The notes under the pieces: model-generated
Seen by the model: the letters and a program-made list of their open reading frames with translations, nothing else
Databases searched by the model: none
What the model was told of the DNA's origin: nothing
Shown: one piece after another, positions 10,177-19,319 of the stretch
How the letters are laid out: each line of letters begins with the position of its first letter
Position numbering within the stretch: position 1 is the stretch's first letter
Translations under genes and position numbers: made by a program
From: Acidobacteriota bacterium
GTDB taxonomy: Bacteria > Acidobacteriota > Thermoanaerobaculia > Multivoradales > UBA5704
Assembly: GCA_040005235.1 (NCBI GenBank)
Contig: JBDTZG010000047.1
Location: forward strand, 1-41,915
DNA length: 41,915 nt
Direction of reading: 5' to 3'

Positions 10177-10218
10177 GGCGATCTGGAAACGTCGGCGGTG
10201 CCTCGTCGCCGCGGCCGC

Positions 10219-11145
10219 CTACGCGAGCCCCAGCTCTTCGAGCGAGCTCGCGGTCAACAATCTCTCGGCCAGCGAGCCAAGCTCATCGGTCGAGGTGATC
10301 GCCTGGACGCGCTCGACCGCGCGGCGGGGGAGAGGAGGAAAACGCCGCTTCAGAAGGCGCAGAAGCACCTCACGCATGCCCTTCTCTTGACCTCTAGCCA
10401 AACCTCTCTCAACGCCCAGCTCTACCCCCCGCGCTTCTACCTTCTCTTCCCAGGTGATCGGTCGCATCTTTGCCTCCGGGCCGACTTCGGCCGCCCGTAA
10501 CGCCGCGTATTCCTCCGCGGCACCGCCGTCCAATTCTAAATAGGTTGCCACGCCGTTGAACAGTCGGAAGCGCGACGCGTCGTCGAGCCCCTGGGCCGCC
10601 GCGATTTCCGAGAGACATTTTCGCCGCAAGGAGCGTCGGTCCCGGCCCTGCGGCCGCGCGAGCGCCGCGCAAACCCAGGCGAGCGGTTCGGGACGTGCGA
10701 GGAAATCCTCCGCCCGAGACCGCGAGAGCCCGAGGCTTCGGTAGTGGAAGCGATTGGCCGTAAAGCCCCGCGCCTCCTCGGTGTGCTCGACCACCTGCGC
10801 TCCTCCAGGGCCTCCTTGGAGATAGAGCACCATCGTCTGCACTGGCAGCCCGAATCGCAGCGCGAGCAGGCGGTTGTACGCCAAGAGGCGCGCCGCCGTC
10901 GCCGTACGGAACTCCAACTCGATTTCGAGGTGGAGCAGTGCCCGCTCGCCTGCCTTACTTTCAATCCATGCGATCAGGTCGAGCCTTCGTTCCTTACCGC
11001 GAAGTGCGCCCGAGGGCGATTCCAGCGGCCGGAACTCGATCGCGCCGAGGATCAGAGACGCGAGATCCGGAGCCGCCAGCCCGACGAAATCGGCCGGAAA
11101 CGCCTGAATCAGATCCTTCCAAAGTTGATCGTGACCACCCGCCAT
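10219..11145 (-). CDS. Rpn/YhgA-like recombination-promoting nuclease (putative transposase) with DUF4351-like C-terminus
   Basis: HDQLWKDLIQAF start; RRLDLIA...LLHLEIE PD-(D/E)XK-like core; G-x-E-x-G repeats followed by LLRLLKRRF...LAERLLTASSLEEL. Confidence 0.8.
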   Translation of the reverse strand: MAGGHDQLWKDLIQAFPADFVGLAAPDLASLILGAIEFRPLESPSGALRGKERRLDLIAWIESKAGERALLHLEIELEFRTATAARLLAYNRLLALRFGLPVQTMVLYLQGGPGGAQVVEHTEEARGFTANRFHYRSLGLSRSRAEDFLARPEPLAWVCAALARPQGRDRRSLRRKCLSEIAAAQGLDDASRFRLFNGVATYLELDGGAAEEYAALRAAEVGPEAKMRPITWEEKVEARGVELGVERGLARGQEKGMREVLLRLLKRRFPPLPRRAVERVQAITSTDELGSLAERLLTASSLEELGLA

Positions 11146-11263
11146 TTGGGTCCTCCCGAGGGCTTCGCTCCGGCGAAACCGCTGTTTGGACCTATAAGAC
11201 GTAGTTGGAGGCGTTCATCCCGATGATTCGGGCGATCGACTTTCAGATGTCGGGCCGGGATCC

Positions 11264-12439
11264 CTATTCCGAGAGCCCCACCACCCAAACCCGAAAACCA
11301 GCCTCCAGCTCCGGCCAGTTCTTGCCGAGCGACTTTTCGAGCGCGCCGGCCGAGGGCTCGCCGCCGTCGGCCACGGCGTTGAGAAACGCTCGAAGACCGG
11401 GGGCGAGGGTGCCGTTTTCGCCACCGAGGAGGTAGCGGACGAAGAACGACGCCTGGGCGTAATGGAGGTCGGCGCCTTCGGCAACGAAGGTCTCCCAGGG
11501 CATGGCGAACAGGTCGGGCAGGCTCGGGGCAGTCCCTTCGCCCTGGGCTTCGACCAATTGGCGTAGGGCGGCCTTGGCGCCGAAGTATTGGATTCTCCCG
11601 CCGGCTCGAAACGCCGTGCCGCCGAGGGTCGATGGATCGAGCGCGCCGTCGTCGCCGATCTTGGAATGGGCGAGGTCGTCGGCGATCCCTTCGTCGAGCC
11701 AGGGGGGAAGCTGCGGGCCGATCGCTCGCCGGTTGAGCAGGTGGACGATCTCGTGGACCAACGTCTCGGCGATTTCGCGGGTCGGCCGGCCTCCATCCCA
11801 AATCGCCACCAGGCCGTAGCCGGAGTGGCCGCTCGCCTCGGCTCCGGCGAGCGCGCCTTCGGCGTCTTGATAGACGCGGTAGGCCCCTTCGTTCTCGAAC
11901 AGCAGCACGGTTTCGGCCGGAGCGCCGATCGGCGTCCGGCCGTAACGCTCGCGGTAGGCCGTCTCGACCTGGCCGGCGGTCCGATCGAGAAACGCGATCC
12001 GCTCGGGGGCCGCGACATTGGTGAGCAGGGGATAAGGGCCGAGATGGGAGCCGGTCTTAGCGGATTTCGGCAAAGCCGAGCCGAGCAGGCCGCGGGCGCG
12101 GGCCAGGCGTTCGGGGTCGGGCTTCCGCGCGGCGACCGGATGCGTCGGCTCGGGGGCGGAGCCGAGCAGCGGCTCGGCACCTAGGACGCCCGCGAGCCCG
12201 GCGAGCGAAACCCATCCGGTCGCCTTTTCCCATCGAACCTCGACCCATGCGCCCTGTTGGCCAATCCGCGGCAGGTCGGTTTCTTCGGCGAGCACCGCCA
12301 CCCGTGGGGCTGTGGCTTTCGGCGCCCTGCGAATCACTGTACCGCCGCGGACGTGGAGGGTCGGCTCGTCCGCTCGACCCAGCCCGGAACCGAGCAGCGC
12401 GAACACGAAGGCGAGCGGACTCAAGTGCCGCCGGAGCAT
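11264..12439 (-). CDS. Secreted putative zinc metallopeptidase (peptidase MA-like) with N-terminal SH3b-like segment
   Basis: Signal peptide; GAWVEVRW...GWV; HEIVH zinc motif followed by PPWLDEGIAD; YAQASFFVRYL. Confidence 0.7.
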   Translation of the reverse strand: MLRRHLSPLAFVFALLGSGLGRADEPTLHVRGGTVIRRAPKATAPRVAVLAEETDLPRIGQQGAWVEVRWEKATGWVSLAGLAGVLGAEPLLGSAPEPTHPVAARKPDPERLARARGLLGSALPKSAKTGSHLGPYPLLTNVAAPERIAFLDRTAGQVETAYRERYGRTPIGAPAETVLLFENEGAYRVYQDAEGALAGAEASGHSGYGLVAIWDGGRPTREIAETLVHEIVHLLNRRAIGPQLPPWLDEGIADDLAHSKIGDDGALDPSTLGGTAFRAGGRIQYFGAKAALRQLVEAQGEGTAPSLPDLFAMPWETFVAEGADLHYAQASFFVRYLLGGENGTLAPGLRAFLNAVADGGEPSAGALEKSLGKNWPELEAGFRVWVVGLSE

Positions 12440-12463
12440 TTCAGCCCTGCTCTCGCCCTCGGC

Positions 12464-14644
12464 TCATCGCCCGGCCGCCCAGAGCGCTGCGGCGTCGAAT
12501 AGCGCGGCACCGTCCTCGGTCCAGCTCGCCGCGGTAGCATCGCCCAGGAAGTACCCGACGCGCCGGGCGGGGGCGGTGAGGCCGACCTGGGCGTCGCCCC
12601 GCTCGTAGGTGAAGACCAGCGGCCGCCGCGCCGCGCCGATGCTTTGGAGCACGATGTGCGCCGAGGATTTCGGCCGCCCCCAGGCGAACGGCGAGGCTAT
12701 GTTGGCGATCTTGACGTTGCCGGAAAGCCCGGCCGCAAGGGGACTGGTTGGATCGAAAACGAACGCCAGCGTCTGGCCGCCGATCCGGCCGAAGTCGCGG
12801 CCGGCCTGGGCGCCGGTGAGCCCCAGATCGTCAAACAGATCGGACTCCCAGATTAGCACCGGCGCGAGCGAGGTGCGGAATTTGACCCCCACGTCCGAGT
12901 CGGAGACGGTGGACGAGATCGCCACCAGCGCCTTGCCGCGCGCGTCGCGGGCCACCGAGGCGTCCGCCGTGCGAGTGGTGACCGCGAAACCGAGGCTCTC
13001 CAAACGAGCCTTGACCGCCTGGTCGCCCGGGCCGAGCGTGGTGGAACCGGTCACCAGCAGCGCGGGAGGAAACAGCACATCGGCCGGAACGAGGCTGCGC
13101 CCGGCGCCCGGCGGTTCCCAGGAGAGCCGGATCTGGGCGTCGCCCGCGTCCTGGCGATAGTCGAGCCGGACGGCATAGCGCTGCCCCGCCTGAAGCGCCA
13201 CGGAACCGGAATCTTCCTCCACCCCGTGCGAGCCCCAGTTGTCGACCAAGCGTTGGCCCGCCACCCAGAGTCGCACGCCGTCGTCCGCTTGGGTGATGAA
13301 CCGGTAGGTGCCGGAGGCGGGGACCTGGATTTGACCCACCCAGCGGATCGAATAGCTCTCGGGCTGGATGCCCGGCAGCGGCGCTCCCGTGCCGAAGGCG
13401 AAATCGATCGGCCCGTCGAGCCGTTCGACCGCCGTGCCCGAAAATGCCGGCCCGTCGAAGTAGTTGCCGGCCAGGCCGCGGACATTCCGGGGACCCGGAG
13501 GTGCGACCGCGTGACGAATCCGCACGAGCGATCCGCCGCCATAGGCGAGCACCCAAAGGCTGCCGTCGGCGCCGGTCTTCAAGTCCACCGCGAATTCGAC
13601 GTCGGTGGCGAACGGGATCGCGTTGCCGGTCGCCAGATCCAGGCGCCGGATCCAGCCGTTGCAGAAGTCGGCGAAGAAATAATCGCCGCGGTAGTCGGCT
13701 GGAAACTGCTCGGTCGGCGGATCGTAGAACGTGCCGCCGGTGATCGCGCAGCCCCGCGTTCCGCCATCGCCGTGTTGATAGGAGAACCGCGGAGAAACGA
13801 ACAGCGGATTGTCGGTCGGCCCTTCCGTGGTCGGCCAGCCGTAGTTGGCGCCCGGCGTTCCGTCGTCGATCTCTTCCCAAGTGTTCTGGCCGACGTCGTT
13901 GATCAACATCCGGCCGTTCGCCCGCCCGAACGCGAAGGTATAAGGGTTGCGCAGGCCGAGCGCCCAGATCGCCCGGTTCTTGCCTTGCGCCTGGCCGAAG
14001 AACGGGTTGTCGTTCGGAATCGATCCATCGGTATTGATCCGCAGGATCTTGCCGAGCAGGTTCGAAAGAACCTGGGAGTTGCTCGAATTCGCGTTCTCGC
14101 CGACCCCGATGTAGAGCTTGCCGTCCGGGCCGAAATGGAGCGCGCCGCCGTTGTGGTTGGTGGCGGTCGAAAGTTCGTCGAGATCGAGCAGGACCGTTTC
14201 GCTAACCGGTACGACGGCGTTGCCGTTCGCGGTGAAGCGCGAAACCCGGTTGTGGTTCGGCGCCGCGGCGACCGTGTAATAGACGTAGAGGAAATGGTTC
14301 GACGCGAACTGTGGATCGAGTGCCACCCCCAACAGGCCGCGCTCGCCGCGGCTGTCGACGTCGAGCTGCAGGAAGGGCGCGGCGAGCAGCGCGTCGTCCC
14401 AGAGCCGCAGGTTGCCGCCCTGCTCGGTGATGAAGATCCGCCCATCCGGCGCGAGCGCCATCGAGGTCGGATTCGCGAGGCCGGAGGCGGCGACGGTCTG
14501 GGTGAATCCTTCCGGAAGCGTGAGGGCCGAGAGCCGGCCGGAAGCGAAGCCGGCGAGCAGCGCGCCGAGAAAGAGAACCGCGGCGAGCCGCGGGATCGAA
14601 GCAGGAAGATTGCGAGGGGTGATGTTCCGATCGAGGTCGGTCAT
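12464..14644 (-). CDS. Secreted PQQ-dependent glucose/sorbosone dehydrogenase-like propeller with PA14 domain and C-terminal domain
   Basis: GGAGG RBS before ATG 14644; GERGLLGVALDP, NHNGGALHFGPDGKLY, GLRNPY, NYGWP. PA14 motifs YSIRWVGQI and ADDGVRLWV. Confidence 0.88.
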   Translation of the reverse strand: MTDLDRNITPRNLPASIPRLAAVLFLGALLAGFASGRLSALTLPEGFTQTVAASGLANPTSMALAPDGRIFITEQGGNLRLWDDALLAAPFLQLDVDSRGERGLLGVALDPQFASNHFLYVYYTVAAAPNHNRVSRFTANGNAVVPVSETVLLDLDELSTATNHNGGALHFGPDGKLYIGVGENANSSNSQVLSNLLGKILRINTDGSIPNDNPFFGQAQGKNRAIWALGLRNPYTFAFGRANGRMLINDVGQNTWEEIDDGTPGANYGWPTTEGPTDNPLFVSPRFSYQHGDGGTRGCAITGGTFYDPPTEQFPADYRGDYFFADFCNGWIRRLDLATGNAIPFATDVEFAVDLKTGADGSLWVLAYGGGSLVRIRHAVAPPGPRNVRGLAGNYFDGPAFSGTAVERLDGPIDFAFGTGAPLPGIQPESYSIRWVGQIQVPASGTYRFITQADDGVRLWVAGQRLVDNWGSHGVEEDSGSVALQAGQRYAVRLDYRQDAGDAQIRLSWEPPGAGRSLVPADVLFPPALLVTGSTTLGPGDQAVKARLESLGFAVTTRTADASVARDARGKALVAISSTVSDSDVGVKFRTSLAPVLIWESDLFDDLGLTGAQAGRDFGRIGGQTLAFVFDPTSPLAAGLSGNVKIANIASPFAWGRPKSSAHIVLQSIGAARRPLVFTYERGDAQVGLTAPARRVGYFLGDATAASWTEDGAALFDAAALWAAGR

Positions 14645-14722
14645 GGCGAGGGCCTCCACGCGAGTAGTTTTGATGACCGTGAGTCGTTGAGTCCGCCGCG
14701 GTCGTGCTACTGGGAACCGCGC

Positions 14723-15070
14723 CTACCCGGCCCCGGGCAGGTCCCCGAGGACGTCTTCGAGCGGCAGCAGGATTTCGTCGATCGAATCTTCGTGGATCAT
14801 CGCCTCGACCGCCGATTCGATCGTCGCGGGGGCGAGGTTGCGGACCACGACGAGATCGCGGCACGAGAAGTACTGGCCTCCGCCGCTCTCGCCCGAGATG
14901 CGGTCCTGCTCCATCTGCTTTTGAATGTTGCGCAGGGTGAAGAACGTCGCGCCGAAGCGCCTGCCGTCCCGGAACGCGACCTCGACGTCGACGTTGCCGT
15001 TGTCGATGTCGTAGGGATCGGGGCCGGTATAGATCGTTACCTCCCAACCGGGATGTGTGCGGACGATCAT
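14723..15070 (-). CDS. Hypothetical 115-aa acidic protein, possibly an orphan immunity-type protein
   Basis: Natural-looking globular sequence NVDVEV-F-DGRRFGATFFTLRNI...GGQYF...VVVRNL that fills the gap between genes. Confidence 0.7.
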   Translation of the reverse strand: MIVRTHPGWEVTIYTGPDPYDIDNGNVDVEVAFRDGRRFGATFFTLRNIQKQMEQDRISGESGGGQYFSCRDLVVVRNLAPATIESAVEAMIHEDSIDEILLPLEDVLGDLPGAG

Positions 15071-15202
15071 GTCGAAGAGTCTCGGGGGCGTTCGAACGAG
15101 GAGCCAAGCTAACGGAGATATCGAGCCGCGTCAATGTTTGCGCTCCGGCGTCGACATCCGAGACCGGTTATCATCCGGCCTCGTCCCCGTAGCTCTTGGC
15201 CC

Positions 15203-16828
15203 ATGCATCGACCCGCTCTCACCGCCTTGGCGCTCCTTTCGCTTGCCGTGCTCGCCTGCGGCGGCCCCGGGGGGAAGCCCGCCGCGCCAGCCGTGTCGAA
15301 GGCTCGCCCGGTCGAGGCCGCCTGGGTCACGCGCTACGACCCGGCAAGCGCCAGAAACGGCTACACGCTCACCCTCCACGACCTGCGCATCCCGATCCTG
15401 CTCGACATGAACGGCCGGCCGGTCCACGCCTGGCGCGCGGCGCGGATCAAATCGCGCGTGCGCCTGCTGCCCGACGGCTCGATCCTAGGGATCGGTCTCG
15501 GGCACCAGGTGGTCGAATACGAATGGGACGGCCGGCAGACTTGGGAATGGAACGTACCGCACGGATTTCCGCACCATGACGTGATCCGCTTGAAGAACGG
15601 CAACACCCTGGTGCTCGCGATGGAAGAGCGCGCCAAAGGCGACACCCTGTTCGAGGTGACCCACAAAGGGCACGCCATCTGGACCTGGCGCGCGGCGGAG
15701 CACCTCGATTCGATCCTGCCGCCCCAAGCAGCGCACCCGAACGACCTCACCCACGTCAATTCGCTTCAGGAGCTGCCGGAAAACCCTTGGTTCGCCGCCG
15801 GTGACGCGCGCTTCCGGCCGGGGAACCTTTTGCTTTCGGCGCGCAACCTGAACACGATCTTCGTCGTCGATCGGGTGAGCGGCGCGATCGTCTGGTCGTT
15901 CCGCGACGGTCTCGACCGCCAGCACGAAGCGGCGATGAACGGACCGGGATTGCCGGAACCGGGGAAGATCCAGGTCTTCAACAACCGCCAGCGGAGCTTC
16001 GCCTCCGACCGGCAGAGCGAGATCCTGGAGATCGATCCGCGCGACGGCAAGGTCTCCTGGCGCTATCGCGCGCCCGGATTCTTCACGCCGACCGGCGGCC
16101 TCCAGCAGCTCCTGCCGAACGGCAACGCGCTGATCACTTCCACCCGCGGCGGCCGGGTGTTCGAGATCACGAGAGCGGGCAAGGTCGTCTGGGAATGGAC
16201 GCCCCCCTACGAGCCGGTGCGCGCCGTGCGCGTTGCGCGCGACGCCTGCCCGCAGCTGGCGAAAATCGCCGGGGACCCGCCGCGTCCGGTCGTGCCCCCC
16301 GCGGGCTACGGCTATGTCGATCGCGACGCCTACCGCTTCGCCCGCAAGGGGGCTCGCGCGGAGGTCGTGATCGAAGGAAAGTCGCGCACGGTGCTCGCCG
16401 AGGAGAGCGCCTGCAGCGATCTCGTATTGCCGTTCGGCGCGCGGGCCGAGATTGGATTCGGCGTCGACGCCGCGCAGTGGAACGGCACCGAATCTCCGCC
16501 GGTCTTCGCGATGCACCTGACTCCTGCCGGCTCGCCGAAGAGAACCGTCCTTCTGCGCGAAACGATCGGAGCCGACGGCGAGTCCTGGCGCCGCCGGACG
16601 GTTCCGCTCGGCGCCTACGCCCTCCGCTCGGTGCGCCTCTGCGTCGAGATCGAAGGAGCCTCGGGCGACGGCGTCCGCTGGGCCTGGTGGGAGCAGCCCT
16701 CGATCCGCTCCGCGGGAGATGTAGGCCGCGCCGAGGACGAAGAGGACGAAGCCCTCGGCGGCGACCTGACTCCGGAAGAGCGCAAGGTGCAGGAGCAGCA
16801 CCTGAAATCGCTCGGCTACGTGAACTGA
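15203..16828 (+). CDS. Arylsulfotransferase (ASST) family lipoprotein
   Basis: Lipobox AVLAC after ATG 15203; HHDVIRLKNGNTL, THVNSL, LLLSARNLN, QHEA, QLLPNGNALIT, VFEITRAGKVVWEW; C-terminal LKSLGY. Confidence 0.85.
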   Translation: MHRPALTALALLSLAVLACGGPGGKPAAPAVSKARPVEAAWVTRYDPASARNGYTLTLHDLRIPILLDMNGRPVHAWRAARIKSRVRLLPDGSILGIGLGHQVVEYEWDGRQTWEWNVPHGFPHHDVIRLKNGNTLVLAMEERAKGDTLFEVTHKGHAIWTWRAAEHLDSILPPQAAHPNDLTHVNSLQELPENPWFAAGDARFRPGNLLLSARNLNTIFVVDRVSGAIVWSFRDGLDRQHEAAMNGPGLPEPGKIQVFNNRQRSFASDRQSEILEIDPRDGKVSWRYRAPGFFTPTGGLQQLLPNGNALITSTRGGRVFEITRAGKVVWEWTPPYEPVRAVRVARDACPQLAKIAGDPPRPVVPPAGYGYVDRDAYRFARKGARAEVVIEGKSRTVLAEESACSDLVLPFGARAEIGFGVDAAQWNGTESPPVFAMHLTPAGSPKRTVLLRETIGADGESWRRRTVPLGAYALRSVRLCVEIEGASGDGVRWAWWEQPSIRSAGDVGRAEDEEDEALGGDLTPEERKVQEQHLKSLGYVN

Positions 16829-16832
16829 CCGC

Positions 16833-18188
16833 CTACGGCGACTTCTGGATCCACACCAGCAGATACGGGTCGTTGCTCGAAGCTTCGGTCGAATTCGCGA
16901 CGAAGTCGTCGCTCGACCTGCCGACGAAACGGAAGGTTGGGTACGTTTTGTAGGCGGTCGTCACGTCGTAGCCCGTCCAGACGCCGGCCGACACGTTCGC
17001 ACCGCCGCCCGAGAGGCTGCTCCCGCTGGCGCATTGCGGCGCGTTGTTCCAGGTCACGCTCGACTGTTGCCAGCTGGTATTTGTGCTGCCGCAGAAGTCC
17101 GGCGAGGCGGTCGTGCCGTCGGTGACGTAGAGCACCAGGCGCACGCGTGCCACCTGGCTCGCGGTGGCGGGCGAGGCGAAACGGATCAGGAAGTTTTTGA
17201 CCTCGGCGCTGGTATCCGTCGTCAGAGTGGTCGCGGTGCCGTAGTTCTGAGTCGGGTTGTTTTTGTTGATCGTGGCGTCGGCGCCCGGCGCGAGCGAGGT
17301 GGCGCAGAGCTCGGGGTAGCCGGTGAACGAATAGACCCCCTGGTTCGACGCATCGCAGGCGAGGTAGATCGTGGTCGTCCCCGACGCGCAGTTCGGCAGC
17401 AGCGTCACCCCCTCCTGATCGGTGGGCGTACCGGGCAAGGCGTAGGTGGCAATCTTTTGATAGGCGGTGGTCGAGGTGTCGATCTCGATGAGCTGGTTCG
17501 CCGTGTCGTAGAGCACGTACAAGATCCGCTGGACCGGATCGAAATAAAGATCCGAGATATCGGTCTGGCTCGTGTCCGGAGTGAAGTGATCGATCGACGT
17601 GAGCGGCGTACTCGACCCTTGGGACAGGTTGACGTCGAAGACGTAGATCGTGCCGTTCTGTTGCGAGCTGGCGTAAAAGACTCCGCCCGAGCTGCTGTTC
17701 GGGTAGGGGTGATCGCCGTTCTTCACCCAGGTAAGCCCCTCCATGCCATGGCTCGAATCCGCTGGCATGGTGAGCCACCAGGTCTTGCCCGAAAGCGTCA
17801 TCGTCGAAGCGGTCAGCTCCCGAATCTGCGGCGAAGAGGGCGGGGTGGTCGAGCTGAAGTACTCGATCCCGGCGTAGATGTACGAACCCGAGCCGGTGGT
17901 CGCTATCGACTCCATGTCGAGCCCGGCCTGCACCTGGTGGTAGGTCACTCCCGATCCATTGCTCGCCATGCTGGCCATCCAGCCTTCATCGTCGACCGCG
18001 TAGAGCTTGCTCGTCCCAGGGTTCCAGACCACGCCGCTAGATTCGAAAGAGGTGGGCGCCGGGCTCTGGTTGCCGAGCGGGATCTGCGTACCGGCAGCAT
18101 TCCCAGGCCATGCTGTGGCGGCGGTGGCCGCATGGCAGACGGCGAACGAGCAGGCAAGGACTGCGACAGTGCCGGCAAACGGTTTCAT
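16833..18188 (-). CDS. Secreted protein: SdiA-regulated/YjiK-like beta-propeller plus DNRLRE (CBM96-like) domain
   Basis: Signal peptide; blade motifs ESSGVVW, DMESIA, GMEGLTW, DISDLYFD, DQEGVT; C-terminal ADATI-NNPTQNYG...LIRF...SVTWNNAP...PYLLV. Confidence 0.75.
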   Translation of the reverse strand: MKPFAGTVAVLACSFAVCHAATAATAWPGNAAGTQIPLGNQSPAPTSFESSGVVWNPGTSKLYAVDDEGWMASMASNGSGVTYHQVQAGLDMESIATTGSGSYIYAGIEYFSSTTPPSSPQIRELTASTMTLSGKTWWLTMPADSSHGMEGLTWVKNGDHPYPNSSSGGVFYASSQQNGTIYVFDVNLSQGSSTPLTSIDHFTPDTSQTDISDLYFDPVQRILYVLYDTANQLIEIDTSTTAYQKIATYALPGTPTDQEGVTLLPNCASGTTTIYLACDASNQGVYSFTGYPELCATSLAPGADATINKNNPTQNYGTATTLTTDTSAEVKNFLIRFASPATASQVARVRLVLYVTDGTTASPDFCGSTNTSWQQSSVTWNNAPQCASGSSLSGGGANVSAGVWTGYDVTTAYKTYPTFRFVGRSSDDFVANSTEASSNDPYLLVWIQKSP

Positions 18189-18394
18189 GACGACGCTCTC
18201 CTCAGGGTTGGGCGAATTAGATGTTGGCGGCGGCCGGATGGCCGATCGCGGCTATCGCCGCAGCGAACCTCTGGCTTGCCTTTAGGTAGCAGGAGTGTAC
18301 GCCGTCGGCGGGTTTGGGCGGTGAACTTGGCCGAGTCCACTCAACTGGGGCTTTGGTTCAGTTGGTTTTGCGCCGTGCCCGCCGGACCGCTGCA

Positions 18395-18403
18395 TGCTAG
18401 TGT
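18395..18403 (+). promoter_or_regulatory. Putative extended -10 box of a leaderless transcript
   Basis: TGcTAGTGT lies 7 nt upstream of ATG 18411, and no Shine-Dalgarno sequence is present. Confidence 0.45.
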
Positions 18404-18410
18404 TTTGCCC

Positions 18411-18731
18411 ATGAATCTTCACCGCTTGGCCGAAGAAAGAAGCATCGCCTATCACCGGGCGATCGCGAATCGTTTACGCCTTCGGCCGGAGGTCTTGGAC
18501 ACAGCGCGCGAAAGGGTGCAGGGTTGGATGGCGGCGAGTACCGCTCCGCCGTTTTACGCCCGCCAATGGGCCGAGAGGCTCGCGGGAGACCTCGAGTCCA
18601 TCGAGGCGTTCCTGGTTGATCGAAGTGAGCTTGCCATCGAACTTCGTCAGTCAAGCCCGTTCGCCGGTGCTCTGAGCCCGGTCGAGCGGTGGGAAATCTG
18701 GCGGCGGACTCGGGAGGCTTTCGAGTTGTGA
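18411..18731 (+). CDS. 106-aa hypothetical protein, putative antitoxin partner
   Basis: Real gene is the tail of the 565-aa ORF (MNLHRLAEERSIAYHRAIA...LRQSSPFAGAL). Its stop overlaps the next start (GTGA). Confidence 0.8.
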   Translation: MNLHRLAEERSIAYHRAIANRLRLRPEVLDTARERVQGWMAASTAPPFYARQWAERLAGDLESIEAFLVDRSELAIELRQSSPFAGALSPVERWEIWRRTREAFEL

Positions 18732-19261
18732 CCCGTGCACAGCTTGAGCACTTGATTCGTGCCGCCGCCGTGATCGCCGACGAAGATCAGATCGTCGTCA
18801 TTGGCAGCCAGGCGATCCTCGGTCAATTTCCGAACGCGCCCGAAGCAATGCGGCTCTCGATCGAGGCCGACCTTTTTCCACTCCAGAACCCCGAGCGCGC
18901 CGACATCATCGACGGAAGCATCGGTGAGCTTTCGCCCTTTCACCAGAGCTTCGGCTATTACGCTCACGGGGTTAGCGAGAAGACGGCGGTTCTACCCGAA
19001 GGCTGGCGAGATCGCCTCGTAGTGGTGCAGAACGAAAATACGCGGGGTGCGAAGGGGCTCTGTCTCGAAGTTCACGATCTTCTCGTGGCCAAGGCGATCG
19101 CCGGGCGAGAAAAAGATCTAGATTTCCTGGCCGAAGCCGCACGTCATGGAATGGCGGATCGGGAGACCCTTTTTCGGCGCCTGGAAAAGGTGGATGTAGA
19201 GCCTTTAATCCGGGAGGCGTGCCGTGCAGCCGTGGCGAGGGCTTTTAGTGCAGTGGTTTGA
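18728..19261 (+). CDS. DUF6036-like nucleotidyltransferase
   Basis: GTG at 18728; VVIGSQAIL...SIEAD (Pol-beta-type G-S...DxD variant), DGSIGELSPFHQSFGYYA, LPEGWRDRL, HDLLVAKAIAGREKD. Confidence 0.8.
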   Translation: MTRAQLEHLIRAAAVIADEDQIVVIGSQAILGQFPNAPEAMRLSIEADLFPLQNPERADIIDGSIGELSPFHQSFGYYAHGVSEKTAVLPEGWRDRLVVVQNENTRGAKGLCLEVHDLLVAKAIAGREKDLDFLAEAARHGMADRETLFRRLEKVDVEPLIREACRAAVARAFSAVV

Positions 19262-19319
19262 GTAGGAATGCCAGGACAAGCCGTGGGCGTGGAGCGCCAA
19301 AGGGACAGCCTTTGAACCG

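Noticed and set aside
17034-18410. N-terminal 459 aa of the 565-aa ORF
   Set aside because: Antisense to the 16833-18188 gene; the real gene starts at ATG 18411.
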